From: Minisyncoccota bacterium
Lineage (GTDB): Bacteria; Patescibacteriota; Minisyncoccia; Phycocordibacterales; SBAW01
Assembly: GCA_035510635.1 (NCBI GenBank)
Contig: DATKGU010000010.1
Coordinates: 2,149-66,148 of the forward strand
DNA length: 64,000 nt
Reading direction: 5' to 3'
Shown: positions 57,397 to 64,000 of the stretch, in pieces
Layout of the letters: the number at the start of each line of letters is the position of its first letter
Numbering within the stretch: the stretch's first letter is position 1
Notes under the pieces: model-generated
Told to the model about the DNA's origin: nothing
The model's database searches: none
What the model saw: only the letters and a program-made list of their open reading frames with translations
Program-made: the position numbers and the translations under genes

Positions 57397-59244
57397 ATGG
57401 CACTTCTCGACTTTTTAAAATCTTCCAGGCCAACATCCGCCGCGACGCCGGTGGCGCCCATTTTGCCCGAGCAAATATACAAAGAGGGCGTGCTCGAGCT
57501 CCAAGATGTCATTGCGCCTTCGGCGCTTAAGATAACGCCGCGCGAAATAAACCTGGGCGACAAAATTGCGCGCACCTTTTTTGTCATGTCATATCCGCGT
57601 ATCCTTACCGACAGCTGGTTTGCACCGGTTATCAACCTTGACCGCGTGCTCGACATCTCAATTTTTATCCATCCGCTCGACTCGGCCGACATTTTAAAGA
57701 AATTCCAAAAAAAGGTGGCCGAGGTGCAAAGCCAAATTATGGTGCGGGAAGAAAAGGGCATGGTGCGCGACCCAGTGCTCGACACTGCCTACCAAGACTT
57801 GGAGAGTTTGCGCGACCAACTCCAACAGGCGCAAGAAAAACTTTTTGACGTCGGCGTGTACATCACCATCTACGACAAAACTGCCGAGGATTTGGACAAA
57901 GCCGAGAGCGAAATTAAGTCGATGCTCGAGAGCCGGCTGGTGTATGTAAAACCGGCGCTTTTCCAACAAGAGCAGGGGTTCAAAAGCGTGCTGCCAATCG
58001 GCCGCGACGAACTCAACGTCAACTCAAAGCTCAACTCTTCGCCGCTTTCCTCAATCTTCCCGTTCGTTTCCTTCGACCTCACCAGCGACAAAGGCATTTT
58101 GTATGGCGTAAACAGACATAATGCCAGTTTGGTCTTATTTGATCGATTTTCTCTCGAGAATTACAACTCGGTTATTTTTGCCAAGTCGGGCTCGGGCAAA
58201 AGCTACGCTACCAAGCTTGAGATTTTGCGTACGCTCATGTTTGATACCGAGGTTATCGTTATCGACCCGGAGCGCGAGTACGAGTTTTTGGCGCAAGCCG
58301 TGGGCGGACGCTACTTTAACATCTCGCTCAACTCCGAGCACCACATAAACCCGTTTGATTTGGCGCCGCCCCGCGAGGATGAGAGCGCAGCCGACATTTT
58401 GCGCAGCAACATTGTGGCGCTCGTGGGCCTGTTTCGCATCATGCTCGGAGGCTTAAGCCCGGAGGAGGACGCCATTATCGACCGTGCGATTACCGAAACC
58501 TACGCGCTCAAAGACATTACGGTGGACAGTAATTTTGCCGAGATAGAGCCGCCGCTCCTCTCTGACTTTGAGCTTGTGTTGGCCGGCATGGAGGGAAGCG
58601 AGAGTTTGGTGCAACGCCTCTCCAAATATACCAAGGGCACGTGGAGCGGGTTTATCAACCAGCCCACCAACGTCGATATCAACAAAAAGTTTGTGGTCTT
58701 CTCGGTACGCGACATGGAGGACGACCTCAAGCCCGTGGCCATGTACATCATTACGCACTTTATATGGAACACGGTGCGCAAAAATCTCAAAAAGCGCCTG
58801 CTGGTTATCGACGAAGCGTGGTGGATGATGAAAAGCGATGACACGGCAAGCTTCTTGTACAGCATGGCAAAGCGCGGCCGCAAATATTATCTCGGCCTCG
58901 CAACGATTACCCAAGACGTCGATGACTTTTTAAAGTCGCCGTACGGCTTGCCGATGATTACCAACTCGTCGATACAAATCTTGCTCAAACAATCGCCGAC
59001 CACTATCGATAATTTGCAAAAAACATTCAACCTCTCCGACGAAGAAAAGTTTTTGCTCCTCGAGAGCGATGTGGGGGAGGGGATATTTTTTGCAGGCTTG
59101 AAGCACGTGGCCATTAAAGTGATAGCCTCGTATACCGAAGACCAGATTATTACCTCCGACCCATCACAGGTGCTCGCACTCCGCAAACAGCGCGCCGACG
59201 TTGCCGACGCGCAAGCGGGCACCCCGCAAGGCGCGGTACAATAA
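57397..59244 (+). CDS. virB4: VirB4-like T4SS ATPase
   Basis: AKSGSGKS, IDPEREY, INPFD, IDEAW, RKY, TQD. Confidence 0.9.
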   Translation: MALLDFLKSSRPTSAATPVAPILPEQIYKEGVLELQDVIAPSALKITPREINLGDKIARTFFVMSYPRILTDSWFAPVINLDRVLDISIFIHPLDSADILKKFQKKVAEVQSQIMVREEKGMVRDPVLDTAYQDLESLRDQLQQAQEKLFDVGVYITIYDKTAEDLDKAESEIKSMLESRLVYVKPALFQQEQGFKSVLPIGRDELNVNSKLNSSPLSSIFPFVSFDLTSDKGILYGVNRHNASLVLFDRFSLENYNSVIFAKSGSGKSYATKLEILRTLMFDTEVIVIDPEREYEFLAQAVGGRYFNISLNSEHHINPFDLAPPREDESAADILRSNIVALVGLFRIMLGGLSPEEDAIIDRAITETYALKDITVDSNFAEIEPPLLSDFELVLAGMEGSESLVQRLSKYTKGTWSGFINQPTNVDINKKFVVFSVRDMEDDLKPVAMYIITHFIWNTVRKNLKKRLLVIDEAWWMMKSDDTASFLYSMAKRGRKYYLGLATITQDVDDFLKSPYGLPMITNSSIQILLKQSPTTIDNLQKTFNLSDEEKFLLLESDVGEGIFFAGLKHVAIKVIASYTEDQIITSDPSQVLALRKQRADVADAQAGTPQGAVQ

Positions 59245-59248
59245 CACT

Positions 59249-59710
59249 ATGAAGCCCTTGTATATTTTTCCACTTCTGTATGCTCTTTTTATCACTGGCA
59301 TTACCGATGGAGTATCGGCAGCGCTTGTGTTTATCCCGGGTGTTGGAATTGCGCTTGCGCTTGTTTTTACCTGCAGCATCAATATCACCATGGGCAGCGG
59401 GCTCATATTACTTCTCGTAAAGAACGGCATGTATCACCCCACGTGGGGGCCAGCGGGAACTATTGCTGCCTTTATCCCCGGCCTCGACTTCTTGCCATTT
59501 TGGTTGGGAATTGTTATCACCGGGATTGTTCAGGATATGAAAAAAGAAGGCGGTGTACTTGGCACTGTGGCGAGCGTTGCAACGTTGGCAAGCTCGCCAT
59601 CAATTAAAAATGCCACATCAACTATGGGGAAAATAAATACCATGCAACACGACATCATGCCGCGCCCGGCAAACAACAACCAACCATCTTATGTACAACA
59701 AGCCGCTTAA
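59249..59710 (+). CDS. Small membrane protein
   Basis: Hydrophobic; FIPG...LPFW motif. Confidence 0.7.
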   Translation: MKPLYIFPLLYALFITGITDGVSAALVFIPGVGIALALVFTCSINITMGSGLILLLVKNGMYHPTWGPAGTIAAFIPGLDFLPFWLGIVITGIVQDMKKEGGVLGTVASVATLASSPSIKNATSTMGKINTMQHDIMPRPANNNQPSYVQQAA

Positions 59711-60719
59711 TTACATTTTTTTGTTTTGCACCGCACTTCTTTTGGCGGGAGTGGCTCATGCGCAATCAAGCGTGGTGCCTGCGCCTATACAATATGTTGT
59801 CTCGCCCGAGACACCGGGGCCCAACACGCAAGTAACCATCGAGGTGCAAGGTGTGGGCACCTTTATCGGCAACTCCACTATCACCTGGAGCCAAAACGGC
59901 ACCGTGGTGTCGCAAGGAGTTGGCCAGCACGACTTTACATTTACCACCGGCGCAATAGGTACCGAGACGCAGATAAAAGTAACGGTTAATTCCTCAACAC
60001 AAGGCACGCTCACCAACAGTTGGACGTTTATCCCTTCGGCAGTCAACTTGGTGTGGGAGGCGGACACCACGGTGCCGCCGCTCTATAAAGGCAAAGCACT
60101 CTACAGCGGCGGTTCGGATGTTAAAGTGGTGGCGTTCCCAAGCCTCGCGATCAACGGCAGCAGCTTGCCGGTAAGCAGCCTCTCGTTTCAATGGACGCTC
60201 GACGGCGACCCTCTGCCCGATCAGTCGGGCCTTGGACAAAATTCTCTCACTTTTACCGGCAGCCAACTCCAAAAAGAGGAGGATGTTTCGGTTGATGTCT
60301 ATTACGGCTCAACAAAAGTGGGCACAGGCTCGGTAGCTATACCTGCAAGCGACCCCGAGCTCGTACTCTACGACAAAGACCCTTTGCGCGGCATTATTTT
60401 TGACTCGGCACTGCCTGCCGGTATCTCACTCGACAGCAACGAGCTCACCGTACAAGCCGTACCATACTTTTTTTCTAACAGCAGTTTGGCCAACGGCGCG
60501 CTTACCTATGCGTGGACTCTCAACGGCAACGATACAAGCGGGCCCAACTCGGCCAGTGGAGAGTTAAGCTTGGTGCAATCGGGCTCGGGGAGCGGCAGCG
60601 CCACACTTGGCGTGACACTGCAAAATAACGACACCGACAAGCTCGTGCAAGCAGCCAACGCGGCGCTTCAAATAATCTTTGGCACACAATCATCAAACAG
60701 CGGCCTCTTTGGACTATGA
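59691..60719 (+). CDS. Secreted Ig-like domain protein
   Basis: Signal peptide; beta-rich; WEADTTVPPLYKGK; repeated WTLxG. Confidence 0.75.
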   Translation: MYNKPLNYIFLFCTALLLAGVAHAQSSVVPAPIQYVVSPETPGPNTQVTIEVQGVGTFIGNSTITWSQNGTVVSQGVGQHDFTFTTGAIGTETQIKVTVNSSTQGTLTNSWTFIPSAVNLVWEADTTVPPLYKGKALYSGGSDVKVVAFPSLAINGSSLPVSSLSFQWTLDGDPLPDQSGLGQNSLTFTGSQLQKEEDVSVDVYYGSTKVGTGSVAIPASDPELVLYDKDPLRGIIFDSALPAGISLDSNELTVQAVPYFFSNSSLANGALTYAWTLNGNDTSGPNSASGELSLVQSGSGSGSATLGVTLQNNDTDKLVQAANAALQIIFGTQSSNSGLFGL

Positions 60720-61513
60720 AAAAACTTTTTACCTGCACAATACTAAGTCTTGGCATCCTGGCGGGTTTAACGATGCCTTTTATAGCCTTGGCTGCCACGG
60801 TCGCCACATGCACCAACTGCAACCTGTCATACACGCCGCTTGAGCCTATACCGGGCGTAACCACTGGCGCCAATCTCACGAGCCCTGATAGTTTGTCGGT
60901 TATTGTGAACGCGATTTTTACTATCCTCATAAGTGTCGGCGCACTCCTTGCAGTGCTCATGCTCACCATTGGGGGTATCCAATACATGGTTTCGAGCGCC
61001 ATCACCACCAAACAGCAAGGTCTTAAAAGAGCGCAAGCCGCATTGTGGGGGATAGTGCTCATCGCGGCCTCGTGGCTTATATTGCACACCATTAACCCCT
61101 ACCTGACTCAGATAACCTTAAACCCGTGTTTGCCGGGCGATACCACGTGTACGGTTACAGGGACAGCGGCACCGACCGCAGCGACACCTGCCTTAACACA
61201 GGAGCAGATAGCTGCCCAAGCTACACAAACAATCGTAAACGGAGTTAATCCTTCAGACTCTGAGTCACTTCAAAATATAACAGCAGCCGAACAAACACTT
61301 CAGCAACAAAATGCAACCCAGCAAACCGCGTGTATTTACAATCATGGCACTCCACTATCTGGAACGGAGGGGTCACAAAATGATCCACGTATAGCATGCG
61401 GTAGTAATGGGAAATACACGAATTGCACGTCCATTGTTTCACCCCAACCTTCTCAGGCAATAGGCCTAGGCGGTGTTGCTGGTTTAGTATATGAATGTGG
61501 GTACAACAATTAA
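60716..61513 (+). CDS. TrbC/VirB2-like pilin with Cys-rich extension
   Basis: Signal peptide, YTPLEPIP, two TMs around GGIQYM, ILHTINP. Confidence 0.75.
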   Translation: MKKLFTCTILSLGILAGLTMPFIALAATVATCTNCNLSYTPLEPIPGVTTGANLTSPDSLSVIVNAIFTILISVGALLAVLMLTIGGIQYMVSSAITTKQQGLKRAQAALWGIVLIAASWLILHTINPYLTQITLNPCLPGDTTCTVTGTAAPTAATPALTQEQIAAQATQTIVNGVNPSDSESLQNITAAEQTLQQQNATQQTACIYNHGTPLSGTEGSQNDPRIACGSNGKYTNCTSIVSPQPSQAIGLGGVAGLVYECGYNN

Positions 61514-61519
61514 ATCTAT

Positions 61520-62767
61520 ATGAGTAAAAAACCCATTATTTATATACTTTCTGGACTGCTTGTAGTTTTAGTTTTGGTTTTTGGTGTGTGGTTTTTGTTT
61601 TTCCGCACCACTTCTACCCCAGTGACCTCTACTGCTACGTTATTTGGAGCATCGGCAAACAACACTACCACGGCCACCCCCAACACGAGCGCGGGCACTA
61701 CGGCTAACGGTACACTTCCTGCCGCACAATCAACAACACAAAAAATATTTGAGATAAACGCAGGCCCTGTTGCAGGCGCCACACTCATACAAACACTGCA
61801 TCCCACGACCACGCTCGCGCGCTATGTAAATCAGGAGGATGGCCACGTGTACGATATGCCGCTTGATGTGTCGGGCGCAGTGCCGCGCGTTGTGTCCGAT
61901 GTAACCATCCCCGGCATTGAGGGGGTGGTGTGGCTTGAGGCTGGAAATGCCGCGATTTTACAATATATCGATACCGACGGTGTAACAGTTAAAAGCGTCT
62001 ACCTCGGATTGCCCGCGGCAACTACGAGCACTCAACTTGCGGCAACGCGCATACAATTTTTGCCCGACAATATTATCAGCTTAGCCGCATCCCCCGATGG
62101 TAAAAGCGTTGCCTACTTGCTAAAAACCCCGAGCGGCTCAAGTGGCTATAGTGCAAATTCGGATGGTACGGGTGCCAAAAAACTTTTCTCGCTCCCGCTT
62201 GCACAAGTACTCATACAATGGCCATCATCTAAAACTATTCTTGTGACAACCAAAAGCGATTTTAATTCGCAAGGAATGCTTTTTGTAATTAATGCAAGCA
62301 CCGGTAGTATTGCCCCTGCACTGTATGCCCAAGGACTCACGGCAGTTGCCGATCCAAGCTTTGCAAATATTATTTATCAAGCAGTCTCTCAGAGTACCAA
62401 CTCAAGCGCAACATATATACACAACATAAAAGCCGGCGGTGATTTGCCACTACCTTTCAACCCATTCCCCGAGCAGTGCATATTTAGCACGGCAACAAGC
62501 ACGAGCATGTACTGCGCGGCGCCTCTCTCTTACGAAGCGCCAGGGTTTCTCGATTTATGGCATCAAGGCACCGCCTCGGCGGTCGACGCAATTTATTCTT
62601 TTAATATCCAAGACGATTCGGCAAGCCTCACGGCTGCACCTGGTTCCGGGAACCAAGGCGGCGTTGCTTCCGACATATTAGAAATGGCGCTTTCGCCCGA
62701 CGAGCACTATCTTTCCTTTACAACCAAAGGCACACGTGAGTTGTGGGGCGTGCGGCTCAGTAATTAG
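61520..62767 (+). CDS. Membrane-anchored beta-propeller protein
   Basis: TM anchor; SPDGKSVAY and LSPDEHYL repeats. Confidence 0.72.
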   Translation: MSKKPIIYILSGLLVVLVLVFGVWFLFFRTTSTPVTSTATLFGASANNTTTATPNTSAGTTANGTLPAAQSTTQKIFEINAGPVAGATLIQTLHPTTTLARYVNQEDGHVYDMPLDVSGAVPRVVSDVTIPGIEGVVWLEAGNAAILQYIDTDGVTVKSVYLGLPAATTSTQLAATRIQFLPDNIISLAASPDGKSVAYLLKTPSGSSGYSANSDGTGAKKLFSLPLAQVLIQWPSSKTILVTTKSDFNSQGMLFVINASTGSIAPALYAQGLTAVADPSFANIIYQAVSQSTNSSATYIHNIKAGGDLPLPFNPFPEQCIFSTATSTSMYCAAPLSYEAPGFLDLWHQGTASAVDAIYSFNIQDDSASLTAAPGSGNQGGVASDILEMALSPDEHYLSFTTKGTRELWGVRLSN

Positions 62768-62774
62768 CCAGCTG

Positions 62775-63224
62775 CTATTTACTGTATTTTAAAACGATGT
62801 GGCGAAACTTGCCGTCGCCGGCTGATTCTGTTTTTATCTCCGGGTCATCGGCAAAAAGCTCATGTACCACCAAGCGCTCGTATGAGCTCATGGGCGGCAT
62901 CTCTACCTCGTGCTTAAAGAGGCGGGCGCGCTGGGCCAACATGCGTGCCTGCTGGCGCACACCTTCAAGCTGGGCCTCTTGGTAGCCGTTGATATCAATA
63001 AGAAAACTGGAGGAGGCTTCGCCGTGTTTTTGCTCGACTATGCGCCGCGCAAGGAGGGTAAGGGCCCGCAAATGCTCGCCATGCGGACCGATGAGACGCT
63101 CGGGCTCGGCTGTTTTAACCGCCACCACCGTGCGGTGGCCGGTGGTAGTAGTGACACTCTCAAAAGAGGCGCCAAGCGCGGTAAGAAGCTCTGAGACAAA
63201 AGTGGTGAGTGCTTGGGCATCCAT
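62775..63224 (-). CDS. jag: Jag/KhpB-like KH-R3H RNA-binding protein
   Basis: LIGPHGEHLRAL, DINGY, PMSSYERLVVH, TESAG. Confidence 0.88.
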   Translation of the reverse strand: MDAQALTTFVSELLTALGASFESVTTTTGHRTVVAVKTAEPERLIGPHGEHLRALTLLARRIVEQKHGEASSSFLIDINGYQEAQLEGVRQQARMLAQRARLFKHEVEMPPMSSYERLVVHELFADDPEIKTESAGDGKFRHIVLKYSK

Positions 63225-63242
63225 GTTGCCCAGCCTACTCCA

Positions 63243-63971
63243 TTACTTCGCTCTCTGCAATTCTCGGCGAATGAGAAACTCTTGTCCGAGCGAAATAACA
63301 TTACTTGTTGCAAAATAAAGTCCCGCGGCGGCCGGGAAGGAGTACACGATAAAGATATACAGCACCGGCATGGCATAGAGCATCATATTTTGCTGCATGG
63401 CTTGAGCCTGAGCTTTTTCGGGCGCCAGCGGTGTGGTGGTAGCGCGTTTGGTGCGCACCAGCGAGAGTTTTACCACGGCATATTGGAGCCCTGCCACAAT
63501 GAGCGCCAACAGGATGTTGTGTGGCGAAAGCAAGTTCATCAGCCCAAAAAAGTTGGTGTTAACCAAGACCGGCACGTGCACAAAAGAGTAGAGGAGGCGC
63601 GTTTCAACATGCGGCAGACCCTCGCGGATGAGCGCATAATAAAGAGCTATAAATATAGGGATTTGGACCAAAATGGCCACAAACCCGGCAAAAGGGCGGA
63701 CCTCTTTTGTTTTAAAGAGCTCCATAGTGTGTTTGGCTTTTTCGTCCGGATTGTCCTTGTATTTTCTGTTGATTTCATCGAGGTCGCCTTGTATTGCAGC
63801 CATAGCCATCTGCGTGCGGATCGAGGCGCTAAACGCCGGATAAAACACCGCGCGCACGACGATAGTCATCGCAATAATGGCCAAACCAACATCGCCCCCC
63901 GGCATGATGCCGATTAAAAATATAAAAGCGTTATAGAGCGGCGCAATGAGTATAGTCTCAAATATATTCAT
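63243..63971 (-). CDS. yidC: Membrane protein insertase YidC (short form)
   Basis: GLAIIAMTIVVR, LVQIPIFIALY, GLYFATSN. Confidence 0.93.
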   Translation of the reverse strand: MNIFETILIAPLYNAFIFLIGIMPGGDVGLAIIAMTIVVRAVFYPAFSASIRTQMAMAAIQGDLDEINRKYKDNPDEKAKHTMELFKTKEVRPFAGFVAILVQIPIFIALYYALIREGLPHVETRLLYSFVHVPVLVNTNFFGLMNLLSPHNILLALIVAGLQYAVVKLSLVRTKRATTTPLAPEKAQAQAMQQNMMLYAMPVLYIFIVYSFPAAAGLYFATSNVISLGQEFLIRRELQRAK

Positions 63972-64000
63972 ATATTATTTTTGCTTGCCCATTTGGGAAA

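Noticed and set aside
1-64000. Genetic code 25 (TGA=Gly)
   Set aside because: Long conserved genes are open in code 11 and TGA ends some ORFs; the two TGAs upstream of unclear starts are not sufficient evidence
63975-64000. 3' end of rnpA upstream of yidC
   Set aside because: Only about 8 codons are visible; the synteny is suggestive but cannot be supported from this window

Overview
This looks like a chromosomal segment of a small-genome Patescibacteria/CPR bacterium, probably Parcubacteria. The taxon is inferred from gene content: TrmB regulator, truncated tig and pgk, split VirB4/PrgI/pilin cluster, and a variant S12. Housekeeping content includes the str genes (rpsL, rpsG, fusA, tuf, rpsJ), nusA, ppa, tig, clpP, rny, hup, four tRNAs, cca, xth, a Xer recombinase, rpsO, pnp, comM, pcrA, rsmA, a T4SS-like cluster, jag and yidC. 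The most unusual region is a ~3.8-kb island of small co-oriented genes (21.1-25 kb). It encodes a DUF1874/AcrIII-1 ring-nuclease homologue and an unannotated 50-aa ArfA-like protein. Its genes are separated by five copies of a conserved ~26-nt hairpin whose G:T pairs are strand-biased, and it contains long structured non-coding tracts. Across the window, many housekeeping genes look leaderless or lack a Shine-Dalgarno (SD) site, while most orphan accessory genes carry strong SD motifs. Other observations are in-frame palindromic insertions in core genes, a candidate oriC/parS region with a recurring 9-mer, and a LAGLIDADG-like ORF overlapping a tRNA. All calls are by eye; no database searches or folding programs were run.
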